Shown: positions 49,297 through 59,428 of the stretch, in pieces
How positions within the stretch are numbered: the first letter of the stretch is position 1
Layout of the letters: each line of letters opens with the position of its first letter
Assembly (NCBI GenBank): GCA_028699085.1
Contig: JAQVVF010000002.1
Span: 68,557 to 132,556 of the forward strand
Direction: 5' to 3'
Length of the DNA: 64,000 nt
Source: Patescibacteria group bacterium
GTDB taxonomy: Bacteria; Patescibacteriota; JABMPQ01; JAQVVF01
Program-made: the position numbers and the translations under genes
Notes under the pieces: model-generated
The model's database searches: none
What the model was told of the DNA's origin: nothing
The model's input: the letters and a program-made list of their open reading frames with translations, nothing else

Positions 49297-51540
49297 ATGC
49301 CTAAGTTAGTTATAGTTGAGTCGCCTACAAAAGCCAGAACAATAACTCGTTTTTTACCAAAAAAAGATTATATTATCGAATCTTCTTACGGCCATATCCG
49401 CGATCTCCCCAAAGCAGAATTAGGAGTTGATGTTGAAAATAATTTTGAACCAAAATATATTATTCCAACAAAAGCTAAAAAACAAGTCAGCATTTTAAAA
49501 AAAGAAACTAAAAAAGCTGATAGCGTGATACTTGCAACTGATGAAGACCGCGAAGGAGAAGCAATCGCCTGGCATCTCGTTAAGGCTCTCGATCTAGATC
49601 AAGACAAAGCTGATCGTATTGTTTTTCATGAAATTACCGAAAAAGCGATTCTTAATGCTTTAAAAAAGCCTCGAAAAATAAATTTAGATTTAGTCGATGC
49701 TCAACAAGCACGACGTATTTTAGATAGATTAGTTGGCTACAAACTATCGCCTTTTTTATGGAAAAAAATTAGACGCGGATTATCAGCTGGACGTGTTCAA
49801 TCTGTTGCTGTCCGCTTAATTGTTGATAAAGAGAGAGAAAGAGAAAAATTTAAAGAACAAGAATATTGGCAAATAGAAGCAGAACTAAAGAAAAAAAACG
49901 CTAAAGAATCATTTCTAGCAAGATTAATTAAAAAAGACGAAACAATCTTCAAGAAATTAGACATTAAAAATAAAGAACAAGCCGACAAAATTGTTACTGA
50001 TCTTAATAATGCAGAATATTTAGTATCAGATATTATAAAAAAAGAAATCAGAAAATCTCCAACTCCTCCATTTACAACCAGTACTTTGCAACAAGAAGCT
50101 TCAAAAAAATTAGGCTATTCTGCAAAACAAACAATGATGCTTGCTCAACAACTCTACGAAGGTATTAATATTGATGGTAAATCAACAGGCTTGATTACAT
50201 ACATGAGAACAGATTCTGTTAACTTAGCTGAAGATGCTTTAGCTGAAGCAAAAAATGTTATTGAACAAAAATATAGTTCAGAATATTCTCTATCTGAACC
50301 AAGACGTTTCAAAACTAAATCAAAAGGCGCGCAAGAAGCACATGAAGCAATCAGACCGACTTCTTTCACTAGAATCCCGGACGAAATACAAAACAGTTTA
50401 GATCCAAAACAGTACAAACTTTACCGCCTAATTTGGCAAAGAGCTCTTGCCTGTCAAATGCAACAAGCAACCCTAGATTCTGTCTCTGTTGATATCAAAG
50501 CAAAAAATTATACCTTCAGATCTAATGGTTCAACAGTCAAATTCGCTGGCTTTTTAAAAGTCTATGCGCAAGATGGAAAATTACCTTTGAAAGAAGTAAT
50601 TTTGCCAGAATTAACAAAAAACGAAATTTTAGATTTTGTAAAGTTACTTCCAGGCAAACATATGACCGAACCGCCTGCTCGCTATTCTGAAGCAACATTG
50701 ATTAAAGCACTAGAAGAACAAGGTATCGGCCGTCCATCAACCTATGCTCCAACCCTCTCCACAATTCAATTACGAAACTATGTTACTAAAGACGAAAACC
50801 GCAAATTCTATCCTACTGAAGTCGGAATTTTAGTTGATGACCTTCTAGTTAAACATTTTCCACAAATTGTCGATATTAAATTTACAGCTTTAATGGAAGA
50901 AAGCTTAGATAAAATTGCAGAAGGTGAAAAAAAATGGCAACCAACTATCAAAGAATTTTATGATCCTTTTGCTAAAAATTTAAAAACCAAAGAAACTGAA
51001 GTTAAAAAATTTGAAGAAGAAACTGGAAAAAAATGTCCAAAATGCGGAAAACCAGTTGTTATCAAATATGGACGTTTTGGGAAATTCCAAGCTTGCTCTG
51101 GCTTTCCAGAATGTAAATTTGCCGAACCAATCGAATCAGAAAAGAAAGAAAAAGAAGAGCTTGAAAAAAAATATGCTGGAGAAAAATGTGAAAAATGCAA
51201 TTCGCCGATGATTATTAAACAAGGACGTTTCGGCCAATTCTTAGCTTGCTCTAAATATCCAGAATGCAAAACAACTAAGCCAATTGAAAAAACAACTGGG
51301 GTCAAATGTCCAAAATGTGGCAAAGGAGATATTATTGAAAAAAGATCAAAACGAGGCAAAACTTTCTTTGCCTGCAACCAATATCCAAAATGCAAAAATG
51401 CCTATTGGAGCAAACCTACTGGCGAAAAATGTCCTAAATGCCAATCACTATTGATTTATGCTACTGATAAAAAAATAAAATGTTCGAGCAAAGAGTGCGA
51501 TTTTACAAAAGATCAGCCAGAAAAAAAAGAAGAAAAATAA
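49297..51540 (+). CDS. topA: DNA topoisomerase I with four C-terminal C4 zinc ribbons
   Basis: TOPRIM LVIVESPTKAR, catalytic Tyr region LITYMRTDS, repeated CPKCGK...C..C modules. Confidence 0.95.
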   Translation: MPKLVIVESPTKARTITRFLPKKDYIIESSYGHIRDLPKAELGVDVENNFEPKYIIPTKAKKQVSILKKETKKADSVILATDEDREGEAIAWHLVKALDLDQDKADRIVFHEITEKAILNALKKPRKINLDLVDAQQARRILDRLVGYKLSPFLWKKIRRGLSAGRVQSVAVRLIVDKEREREKFKEQEYWQIEAELKKKNAKESFLARLIKKDETIFKKLDIKNKEQADKIVTDLNNAEYLVSDIIKKEIRKSPTPPFTTSTLQQEASKKLGYSAKQTMMLAQQLYEGINIDGKSTGLITYMRTDSVNLAEDALAEAKNVIEQKYSSEYSLSEPRRFKTKSKGAQEAHEAIRPTSFTRIPDEIQNSLDPKQYKLYRLIWQRALACQMQQATLDSVSVDIKAKNYTFRSNGSTVKFAGFLKVYAQDGKLPLKEVILPELTKNEILDFVKLLPGKHMTEPPARYSEATLIKALEEQGIGRPSTYAPTLSTIQLRNYVTKDENRKFYPTEVGILVDDLLVKHFPQIVDIKFTALMEESLDKIAEGEKKWQPTIKEFYDPFAKNLKTKETEVKKFEEETGKKCPKCGKPVVIKYGRFGKFQACSGFPECKFAEPIESEKKEKEELEKKYAGEKCEKCNSPMIIKQGRFGQFLACSKYPECKTTKPIEKTTGVKCPKCGKGDIIEKRSKRGKTFFACNQYPKCKNAYWSKPTGEKCPKCQSLLIYATDKKIKCSSKECDFTKDQPEKKEEK

Positions 51541-51548
51541 TTCAATTA

Positions 51549-51571
51549 CCCTAGCAAAACTAGGGTTTTTT
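51549..51571 (+). terminator. Rho-independent terminator after topA
   Basis: CCCTAG-caaaa-CTAGGG-T6. Confidence 0.7.
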
Positions 51572-51622
51572 ATTAAATTTGACTTGCTTAAAATTTAGAT
51601 TTATGCTAATAATATCAAGTTT

Positions 51623-53773
51623 ATGAACGAAAAAATATTTTTCGACCAAGCTAAACAACTTTACCAAGATAATGAGCTTGAATTAATCAAGAAGGCTTAT
51701 CTTTTTGCAAATCGCTGCCATATTGACCAAATGCGCGAAAGTAAGGAGCCTTTTATTACTCACCCACTTAATGTGGCTCTTTTTTTAATGAAAATGAATC
51801 TTGACGCCACTACAATCGTTGCCGCACTACTACATGATACTGTCGAAGATACATGCATTAAATTAGAGGACATAAAAAAAGAATTTGGCAACGAAGTTGC
51901 TAAATTAGTTTCTGGTGTTACAAAATTAAAACAAGCCGTAATTTACCAAGAAAATATTAAAAGTTATTCAGCTGAAAATATTAGAAGAATGTTTCTAGCA
52001 ATGGCACAAGATATTCGTGTTGTCTTGATCAAATTAGCTGATCGATATCACAACATGGCTACTTTAGATTACAAAGAACCAAAAAAAAGATTAGAAAAAG
52101 CCCGTGAAACACTTGATATTTATGCTCCTTTAGCAAATCGTCTTTGCATGGGTGAACTAAAAGGCCAATTAGAAGACTACGCCTTCCCTATACTAATGCC
52201 AAATGAATATAATTGGGTCAAAGGCTTAACCCAGAAAAAGATTGAAGAACGAAAAAAATACATTGATAAAGTCATAATTGATATAAAAAGAAAACTAAAA
52301 AAAGCAAATTTTAAATATATTGATATTCACGGAAGAGCAAAACATTATTACAGTCTTTATAAAAAATTATTACGCAATAATAAAAATATCAATGAAATTT
52401 ATGATATCGTTGCTTTACGTATAATAGTTAAAGACATTCCAACATGTTATGCCGTGTTAGGTCTTATTCATCAAAATTGGAGACCTTTAATAGGTAGAAT
52501 CAAAGACTATATTGCGTTACCAAAAACAAACGGCTATCAATCTATACATACTACTGTAATCAGACCAGATGGCGAAATCATCGAAATCCAAATTAGAACA
52601 GCAACTATGCACGAAGAAGCAGAACGCGGTATTGCAGCTCACTGGCAGTACGATGAATTAGGTAAGCCAAAAAATCCAGCGAAACTACCAGCTGAAAAAA
52701 TTGCTTGGATTAAAAAATTGACTGATTGGCAAAAAGAGCTGCCAATCAAAAATAGGTCAGAAAAATTTGCTGAATCTCTAAAAATTGATATCTTTAAAGA
52801 TCGCATCTTTGCTTTCACGCCAAAAGGTGACGTTTTAGATTTACCAGAAAACGCAACTCCAATCGACTTTGCTTATCAAGTTCATACTGAAATTGGACAC
52901 AGATGCAAAGAAGTTTGGATTAACGGCCATATTGCTTCATTAGATTATAAAATCAAAAATGGTGACGTTGTTAATATTGTCACCTCATCAATTGCAAAAC
53001 CAAAAAGAGATTGGCTAACTTTTGCTAAAACTAGCATTGCTCAAAGTAAAATTAAAGATTGGTTTAAAAAGGTAGATAAAGACAAAAATATCGCTTACGG
53101 GAAAAGAATTTTAAATATTGAGCTTGCTCAGTTAGGACACAAGCCAATTGAAACCGTACCTAAAACTAAACTTTCTAATGCTTTACAAAAATTAAATTAT
53201 CATGATTTAAATGGCATGCTCGCTGCATTAGGAGAAGGAGAAATCAATTTAAATCAAATCATCAAAGCTATTTATGAAGAAAAGGAATTCTTAGAAAAAG
53301 ATGACAAAAAATTTATTTTCTTTAAAAAAGAACCACAACCAAGAGCAATAATTTCCGAAACTGGCGGGTTTTTAACCAAAATAGCAAAGTGCTGTAATCC
53401 AACGATTAACGATAAAATCAAAGCTCATATCACCAGATCTGAAGGCGCTAGTATTCATAAATATAATTGCCCAGAGTTGCTAAAAGCAGAACAAGGTAGA
53501 ATTGTTGATGCTAAATGGGATACAGATCTAAAAGAAAATTTTCACGCTAAGATTGAAGTCGAAAGCCTTAATCGCATTGGTATGATCAAAGATATATCAA
53601 CACTCTTATCAAATTTTAATATTAATATTGAAAATTTTCACTCAAAACAAAATCCTAAAAAGGATACTTTTATCCTTTGTTTACACCTTGAAATAAAAAA
53701 CCTCGATCAGTTTTTCGAGGTTTTGCATGAAATTTCTAAAATTGAAGGTATAATTGATGTCAGAAAAGTTTAA
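51623..53773 (+). CDS. rel: Bifunctional (p)ppGpp synthetase/hydrolase Rel/SpoT
   Basis: HD domain HPLNVALFL...HDTVEDT, synthetase domain, TGS and ACT regions; 716 aa. Confidence 0.93.
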   Translation: MNEKIFFDQAKQLYQDNELELIKKAYLFANRCHIDQMRESKEPFITHPLNVALFLMKMNLDATTIVAALLHDTVEDTCIKLEDIKKEFGNEVAKLVSGVTKLKQAVIYQENIKSYSAENIRRMFLAMAQDIRVVLIKLADRYHNMATLDYKEPKKRLEKARETLDIYAPLANRLCMGELKGQLEDYAFPILMPNEYNWVKGLTQKKIEERKKYIDKVIIDIKRKLKKANFKYIDIHGRAKHYYSLYKKLLRNNKNINEIYDIVALRIIVKDIPTCYAVLGLIHQNWRPLIGRIKDYIALPKTNGYQSIHTTVIRPDGEIIEIQIRTATMHEEAERGIAAHWQYDELGKPKNPAKLPAEKIAWIKKLTDWQKELPIKNRSEKFAESLKIDIFKDRIFAFTPKGDVLDLPENATPIDFAYQVHTEIGHRCKEVWINGHIASLDYKIKNGDVVNIVTSSIAKPKRDWLTFAKTSIAQSKIKDWFKKVDKDKNIAYGKRILNIELAQLGHKPIETVPKTKLSNALQKLNYHDLNGMLAALGEGEINLNQIIKAIYEEKEFLEKDDKKFIFFKKEPQPRAIISETGGFLTKIAKCCNPTINDKIKAHITRSEGASIHKYNCPELLKAEQGRIVDAKWDTDLKENFHAKIEVESLNRIGMIKDISTLLSNFNINIENFHSKQNPKKDTFILCLHLEIKNLDQFFEVLHEISKIEGIIDVRKV

Positions 53774-54690
53774 TAACTTTTTCCAGAAATTACTTCCATA
53801 ATATTTCCTAATTCTTCTTCAGAAAAGAAATCAACAATCACCTTACCTGTTTTTCCAGTTTTCTTTATTTCTACTTTTGTACCCAAAGATTGAGCCAAAC
53901 GCTCCTCATAATCTAAGATTAGAGGAGTTTTTTGATTGAAAGATCTTAAATGTTTTTTTACTTTTACACTCTTTGCTCCATTTTCAGAATCCCGAACAGA
54001 TAAATTGTTCAGCAAAATATTCTTAAATAATTTCAATTGTTCTTCTTCAGTTTTCAAACTTAAGATTGCTTTTGCATGACCAAAGCTAATTTTCTTTTCA
54101 AAAATAGCCTTTTGTATCTCTTCTGGCAAAGTCAACAATCTTAAAGTATTTGTCACAAAAGCACGGCTTTTAGCAACTTTTTTTGCTACTTCTTCCTGTT
54201 TTAAATTAAATTCATCAATTAAACTGCTGTAAGCCAAAGCTTCTTCCATGGGATTCAAATCTTGACGCTGGACATTTTCGACTAAAGCCATTTCTAATTT
54301 TTGCTGTTCAGTCAACTCTCTAACAATCACTGGAACTTTTTTTAAACCAGCAAGTTTTGATGCTTGAAGTCTTCTTTCTCCAGCCAATAGCTGATACTGA
54401 TTATCAAAAACCTTCGTTGCAATCAATGGCTGTAAAATTCCATGTATTTTAATTGATTCTGCCAACTCTTTTAACTGTAATTCATCAAAATGTTTTCTTG
54501 GTTGATGCGGATTTGGTTCAATAAAATTAGTTTCAACCAAAATTACCGACTCACTCAAAGCAGGCGAAAATTTCTTTAATCTTTCAACTGTTTTCTGACT
54601 GACTTCCTTTTTTTGACTATTTTTAACAAATTGATTCTTTTTTAATGGGATTAAAGATTCCAAACCACGTCCCAAACTCTTATTTAGCAT
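53770..54690 (-). CDS. parB: Chromosome partitioning protein ParB (Spo0J)
   Basis: LGRGLESLIP, GERRLQASKLAG ParB box. Confidence 0.92.
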   Translation of the reverse strand: MLNKSLGRGLESLIPLKKNQFVKNSQKKEVSQKTVERLKKFSPALSESVILVETNFIEPNPHQPRKHFDELQLKELAESIKIHGILQPLIATKVFDNQYQLLAGERRLQASKLAGLKKVPVIVRELTEQQKLEMALVENVQRQDLNPMEEALAYSSLIDEFNLKQEEVAKKVAKSRAFVTNTLRLLTLPEEIQKAIFEKKISFGHAKAILSLKTEEEQLKLFKNILLNNLSVRDSENGAKSVKVKKHLRSFNQKTPLILDYEERLAQSLGTKVEIKKTGKTGKVIVDFFSEEELGNIMEVISGKSY

Positions 54691-55492
54691 AAATAGTTTT
54701 TACTTTTTGTTGTGAATTTTCTAAATTTATTTTATTAATAACGTCTAATGCTTCTTTGCCTAAACTCCGATAAGCACGAGCTCCTTTTGACCAAGAAGCA
54801 TATTGTAGAATTGATTTTCCAAAACTTGGAGCTTCAGCTAATCTAACATTGCGAGGAATAATTGATTCAAAAACTCTAAATGGAAACTTTGTTCTAACTT
54901 CTGATACAACCTCTTCCGACAATTTGATTCTTCGATCATGCATTGTCAGTAATACTCCTAAAATTTCCAAATTAGGCTGTAAATTATCTTTAATCAACTG
55001 AATTGTTTTCAATAATTGGCCTAAACCTTCCAAAGCATAATACTCACATTGTACTGGAATTAAGACATAATTAGAAGCAACTAAACTGTTAATAGTTAAC
55101 AACCCTAAAGAAGGTGGACAATCAATTAATACAAAATCAAAATCAACAAGTTTCTCTAATGCTTTTTTCAATCTATATTCTCTATCCTCCATGTCAACCA
55201 ATTCGATTGTTGCACCAGCTAGAGATTGATTAGTTGGTAACACAAAAAGATTTTTCACCACTGATTCCATAATCACATCATGAATGTCAGCTTTATCAGT
55301 CAGCACTTCATAAATTCCTTTTGTCTCTTCATTAACCAAGACACCAACACCAGAACTCGCATTTCCTTGTGGATCAAAATCAACAATTAATACCCGTTTT
55401 CCCAATTCAGCCAAAGCTGCCGCAAAATTTATTGTTGTGGTTGTTTTACCAGTACCGCCTTTTTGATTTACAATTGATATTATATTTGGCAT
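54680..55492 (-). CDS. parA: Chromosome partitioning ATPase ParA (Soj)
   Basis: NQKGGTGKTTTTINFA deviant Walker A. Confidence 0.93.
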   Translation of the reverse strand: MPNIISIVNQKGGTGKTTTTINFAAALAELGKRVLIVDFDPQGNASSGVGVLVNEETKGIYEVLTDKADIHDVIMESVVKNLFVLPTNQSLAGATIELVDMEDREYRLKKALEKLVDFDFVLIDCPPSLGLLTINSLVASNYVLIPVQCEYYALEGLGQLLKTIQLIKDNLQPNLEILGVLLTMHDRRIKLSEEVVSEVRTKFPFRVFESIIPRNVRLAEAPSFGKSILQYASWSKGARAYRSLGKEALDVINKINLENSQQKVKTIYAK

Positions 55493-55525
55493 ACTTTTAT
55501 CTTATCATACTATATTTAATTAAAA

Positions 55526-55554
55526 TTGACAACAACGTAAAATCAAGCTAAAAT
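55526..55554 (+). promoter_or_regulatory. Promoter for tRNA-Leu (TTGACA-17-TAAAAT)
   Basis: TTGACA 55526-55531, 17-nt spacer, TAAAAT 55549-55554, ~17 nt before the tRNA 5-prime end. Confidence 0.5.
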
Positions 55555-55570
55555 TGATTTAAAGTGACTA

Positions 55571-55651
55571 GCCGAAGTGGCGAAATGGCAGACGCGCACG
55601 ACTCAAAATCGTGTGAGTTTACTCATGAGGGTTCGACTCCCTCCTTCGGCA
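55571..55651 (+). tRNA. tRNA-Leu (anticodon CAA), type II with long variable arm
   Basis: Acceptor GCCGAAG/CTTCGGC, anticodon stem CACGA/TCGTG with loop CUCAAAA, variable stem TGAG/CTCA, T arm GAGGG-TTCGACT-CCCTC. Confidence 0.85.
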
Positions 55652-55675
55652 TTTATATTATACCAAATTTATTCA

Positions 55676-55702
55676 AAAACGGCTCACTCGAGTCGTTTTT
55701 TT
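55676..55702 (+). terminator. Terminator after tRNA-Leu
   Basis: CGGCTC-actc-GAGTCG then T7. Confidence 0.6.
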
Positions 55703-55729
55703 GTTATTTCATTATTTAGTTATTTCTAA

Positions 55730-56965
55730 TTATTTAAGTCCTGGCATTTCATATTTTCCACACAACTTCTTAACTTCATTCTTTATCCTTTTTAAAACTC
55801 GTTCGTTATTCACATTCTCGCTTACTTCATTCATCCAAAAAGCAATTTGCTTCATTTCTTTTTCTTTCATACCCAAAGTTGTTATTGCCGGTGTTCCAAT
55901 CCTAATTCCAGACGGATCAAAAGGTGAGCGCTTATCATAAGGTACTGTATTTGCATTACATTCAATTCCTGCTTTGATTAAAGCAGACGACATTTGTTTG
56001 CCAGACAAATTCTTGTTTGTCATATCAATTAAAATCAAATGATTGTCAGTTCCACCAGTTACCAAATCAAAATTATAATTTAATAATTCTTTTGCCAAAG
56101 CTTGAGCGTTTTTGATAATCTGCTTAGCATAATTCTTAAATTTTGAAGTATCAGCTTCTTTCAACGCTACAGCAATTGCCGCAGTTGTATTATCATGCGG
56201 TCCCCCTTGAAGACCAGGAAATACGGCTTTATCAATCAATTTAGCATGTTTTTCTTTACACATAATCATCGCTCCTCTTGGACCTCGTAAAGATTTATGT
56301 GTTGTCGTTGTTACAACATCAGCATAAGGAACTGGACTTTGATGCAATCCTGCTGCTACTAATCCTGAAATATGGGCAATATCAGCCAAAAAATAAGCAC
56401 CAACCTCATCAGCAATCTCTTTGAATTTTTTAAAATCAATCTTACGAGGATAAGCAGTTGCACCAGCAACAATAATCTGTGGTTTTTCACGTTTTGCTAT
56501 CTCTAAAATTTCATCGTAATCTAACAGGTTCGTTTTTTTATCAACAGCATATTGAACCGCATTAAAAAACTTGGCAGTTGCTGAAACTTTCCAGCCATGA
56601 GTTAGATGTCCGCCATGAGGCAAGCTCATTCCCATTATTTTTTCTGAAGGTTTAAGTAAAGCAAAATAGACCGCCAAATTTGCTGGAGAACCAGAATATG
56701 GCTGAACATTAACATGATCTGCCCTGAACAACTTTTTTGCTCGGGCTACAGCTTCTTCTTCAATTTGATCAATGTACTCTTGTCCTTCATAATATCTTTT
56801 TCTAGAATAGCCTTCAGAATACTTATTTGTCAAAATAGAGCCAGTTGCTTCTAATACGCTCTTTGAAACATAATTTTCAGAAGGAATTAAACGAATACTC
56901 TCAGCTTGTCTTTTCTGTTCTTTTTTAATAAGATCGTAAATCTTTCTATCTGTTGCTTTTAGCAT
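55730..56965 (-). CDS. glyA: Serine hydroxymethyltransferase
   Basis: TTTTHKSLRGPRG PLP-lysine motif. Confidence 0.95.
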   Translation of the reverse strand: MLKATDRKIYDLIKKEQKRQAESIRLIPSENYVSKSVLEATGSILTNKYSEGYSRKRYYEGQEYIDQIEEEAVARAKKLFRADHVNVQPYSGSPANLAVYFALLKPSEKIMGMSLPHGGHLTHGWKVSATAKFFNAVQYAVDKKTNLLDYDEILEIAKREKPQIIVAGATAYPRKIDFKKFKEIADEVGAYFLADIAHISGLVAAGLHQSPVPYADVVTTTTHKSLRGPRGAMIMCKEKHAKLIDKAVFPGLQGGPHDNTTAAIAVALKEADTSKFKNYAKQIIKNAQALAKELLNYNFDLVTGGTDNHLILIDMTNKNLSGKQMSSALIKAGIECNANTVPYDKRSPFDPSGIRIGTPAITTLGMKEKEMKQIAFWMNEVSENVNNERVLKRIKNEVKKLCGKYEMPGLK

Positions 56966-57019
56966 AATTTAAAATTTAAATATCAAAAATAAAAATTACA
57001 ATGCAAAATTTAAAATTTT

Positions 57020-57643
57020 TTATTTTACATTGTCATTTTCCATTTTGATTTTTGCATTTTCAATTTTCACATCTCCTTGTCTTAACATTTTAATTTTATT
57101 TTCAGTTACATCAACTACTGTTGAGATATGGCCTTCTGTTAATTTTCCGCCATCGATCACTAAATCAGGTTCATTGCTTTTTCCCTCAAACTGTTTCTTA
57201 ATGTCTTCAACAGAATAGCAAGTCTTCTCGCCTGCCAAATTTGCACTTGTTGAAGTTACTGGAAAATCTACCTTCTCCATTATTTTTTTTATTAAATCAT
57301 AACTTGATATTCTAATTCCTAATGTATTTTTTACAAAAGGAATATTTTTTTTATTTTTTAAAACCAAAGTTAAAGGTCCAGGCAAATATTTTTTTGCCAA
57401 TTCCAATGCATTGTTATTAATCTCAACATATTCTTTTGCCATTTCCAAATCTTTCATAAAAACAGATAATTCCTTACTAACATCGCGCTGCTTAATCTCA
57501 AAAACCTTTTTAACAGCATCTTTACTCAAAGCATTAGCCAGTATTCCATAAGCAGTTTCTGTCGGTGCAACAATAACTTTATTATCTTTTAAATATTTTA
57601 TAATCTCATCAATTTTTATTTCATCGATATCAACTATTTTCAT
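57020..57643 (-). CDS. tsaC: L-threonylcarbamoyladenylate synthase (YrdC/TsaC/Sua5 family)
   Basis: VIVAPTETAYGILANA, PGPLTLVL YrdC motifs. Confidence 0.82.
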   Translation of the reverse strand: MKIVDIDEIKIDEIIKYLKDNKVIVAPTETAYGILANALSKDAVKKVFEIKQRDVSKELSVFMKDLEMAKEYVEINNNALELAKKYLPGPLTLVLKNKKNIPFVKNTLGIRISSYDLIKKIMEKVDFPVTSTSANLAGEKTCYSVEDIKKQFEGKSNEPDLVIDGGKLTEGHISTVVDVTENKIKMLRQGDVKIENAKIKMENDNVK

Positions 57644-57761
57644 AGCAATTACTTTATAAACTTTAGAAACTAATTAATTTATCTTATCATAGCCAAAACT
57701 TATTGCAAAGTTTTCTCATCTTGTTAAAATATAATTAAGATTATTAAATAATCCAAAACAA

Positions 57762-57926
57762 ATGGCAAAAGCAAAATTTGTTGGCAACAAAGAAACAAAA
57801 ATGTGCCACGTATCAGGATGCGGTGCTTTGAAAAACATCAAAAAAAGCAATCGCGAGAATTTTTCTTCCTGCAAAATTGCACAAAAAAAAGGCTACAAAT
57901 GCTGCAAGCTTTGTGGTAAAAAATAG
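57762..57926 (+). CDS. Small (54 aa) Ada-type metal-binding domain protein; not in ORF track
   Basis: FVGNKETKMCHVSGCGALKNIKKSNRENFSSCKIAQKKGYKCCKLC parallels Ada N-terminal Zn domain pattern F-x6-T-x2-C-x3-C...EN-x2-F...G-[FY]-x2-C-K-x-C. Confidence 0.5.
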   Translation: MAKAKFVGNKETKMCHVSGCGALKNIKKSNRENFSSCKIAQKKGYKCCKLCGKK

Positions 57927-57940
57927 TTAAAATATAAAAA

Positions 57941-57967
57941 GACAGCACTGCTGAAGGGCTGTCTTTA
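57941..57967. terminator. Terminator hairpin between convergent genes
   Basis: AAAGACAGC-actgctgaagg-GCTGTCTTT. Confidence 0.55.
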
Positions 57968-57977
57968 AAATTAAAAA

Positions 57978-58709
57978 TTATTTTACCATTTGCTTTGCTC
58001 TTTCAAGCTCTTCTGGCCTATTTATTCCAAGTACATTATTTAAATCAGTAGTTACTACAGTATCTAACTTTAATCCTTTTTTATTCATAATCTCAATCAG
58101 ATCAGTCAAATAATATTCTTTCTGAACATTATTATCAGTAATTAAATCTAAATTGTCTAATAATGCTTTTACTTTAAAACAATAAACGCCAATATTCATT
58201 TCTGAAATTTTCAATTCTTCTGCGGTTGCATCTTTTTGCTCAACAATTTTCAAAACATTATTATCTTTATCTCTAATTATTCGCCCCCATTCAGGCGGAT
58301 TTTTTTTGATATCAACTGTCAGTATGCAACCATCTAAATTATTCTTTTCACATTTGTCTAATAACGACAAAAACATTTCTTTTTTCAAAAAAGGCATATC
58401 TCCATAAGAAATCAAAACATATCCATCAGCATGCATTAATAAATCCTTTGCCTGCATTACAGCATGTCCAGTACCCAATTGTTCTTTTTGATATACATAT
58501 TCAACTCTATTTTTTAAATAATCTCTGACTAATTCTTGTTTAAAACCAACAACTAAAATAATTTTTTCAACATTCAGATCTTCCATTGTTCTTACCTGGT
58601 ACTCAATCATTGGTTCCTCGCCTATCTTCATCATCACTTTTGGCATATCAGTACAATTTAATCTTGTCCCTTTTCCTCCTGCCAAAATGACTGAAATAAT
58701 ATTTTTCAT
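57978..58709 (-). CDS. Sugar-phosphate nucleotidyltransferase (GlmU N-terminal / RmlA-like)
   Basis: ILAGGKGTRL, LGTGHAV motifs; 243 aa without acetyltransferase hexapeptide domain. Confidence 0.78.
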   Translation of the reverse strand: MKNIISVILAGGKGTRLNCTDMPKVMMKIGEEPMIEYQVRTMEDLNVEKIILVVGFKQELVRDYLKNRVEYVYQKEQLGTGHAVMQAKDLLMHADGYVLISYGDMPFLKKEMFLSLLDKCEKNNLDGCILTVDIKKNPPEWGRIIRDKDNNVLKIVEQKDATAEELKISEMNIGVYCFKVKALLDNLDLITDNNVQKEYYLTDLIEIMNKKGLKLDTVVTTDLNNVLGINRPEELERAKQMVK

Positions 58710-58751
58710 AAATTTAAATAAAATAAAAAGTGAAACTAGTTCACTTTAATT

Positions 58752-59345
58752 CTAACCCAAAGTTCGAAACCATTCAAGAATTGCCTGTGCATTTTGTTCC
58801 GCTGATTTACCAGTTGTATTCAGCAACAATTTCTTTTTCATTCTACTACTTGCAAATGCTTCTCGATATGCATCACGCTTTCGAAAAATACTTTTCAAAT
58901 CTTTGTCCCAATTACCAGTTTTTCCTAAAATCCGCCTTTCTTCCATCCTTCTATGCAATTCATCGTCATCAACATCTAACACAATCAAACAAACTCCAAT
59001 ACTATTCAGATATTCTTCCAACTCGTCATGCTCTGTATCAATTCCATGGAACAGTTTCAAATACACGATATCGGTCAGATGCAAACGCAACATTAATACT
59101 TCCTCATGTTCAGCAGCTTCAAAAACAGGCAAAAGAGATTCCATCTTTGTCCTTCCATATTCAACCATTTCCCACAACTTACCTTCATAAGACGCAACAA
59201 CAGCTGGATGATAATACCCATGAACAGTTACTGACACACATTCAGTGAATAACCTCTCCAATTCTGCCATAATGCTCGATTTTCCAGATTGATTACAACC
59301 TTCAAGAATACCCTTGAACAGCTGCATTCCCTTCCCTCCTTGCAA
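58752..59345 (-). CDS. P-loop nucleotide/nucleoside kinase-like protein (dNK/TMPK-like Walker A), atypical composition
   Basis: ILEGCNQSGKSS Walker A; GC visibly higher than neighbours. Confidence 0.55.
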   Translation of the reverse strand: MQGGKGMQLFKGILEGCNQSGKSSIMAELERLFTECVSVTVHGYYHPAVVASYEGKLWEMVEYGRTKMESLLPVFEAAEHEEVLMLRLHLTDIVYLKLFHGIDTEHDELEEYLNSIGVCLIVLDVDDDELHRRMEERRILGKTGNWDKDLKSIFRKRDAYREAFASSRMKKKLLLNTTGKSAEQNAQAILEWFRTLG

Positions 59346-59428
59346 AGTACGTTATCTTAAGATTATATAATAAAAATAAAAAAAGTCAAGATTACTTGGC
59401 TTTATTTTTTAACCATTTTTTTATAATT

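Noticed and set aside
53770-55492. Replication origin next to parAB
   Set aside because: No dnaA gene or recognisable DnaA-box cluster seen in the window. parAB alone is insufficient.
58730-59248. 172-aa plus-strand ORF
   Set aside because: Antisense to the ORF carrying a clear Walker A motif. Its composition is Ser/Leu/His-rich and unprotein-like. Kept only as a note in findings.
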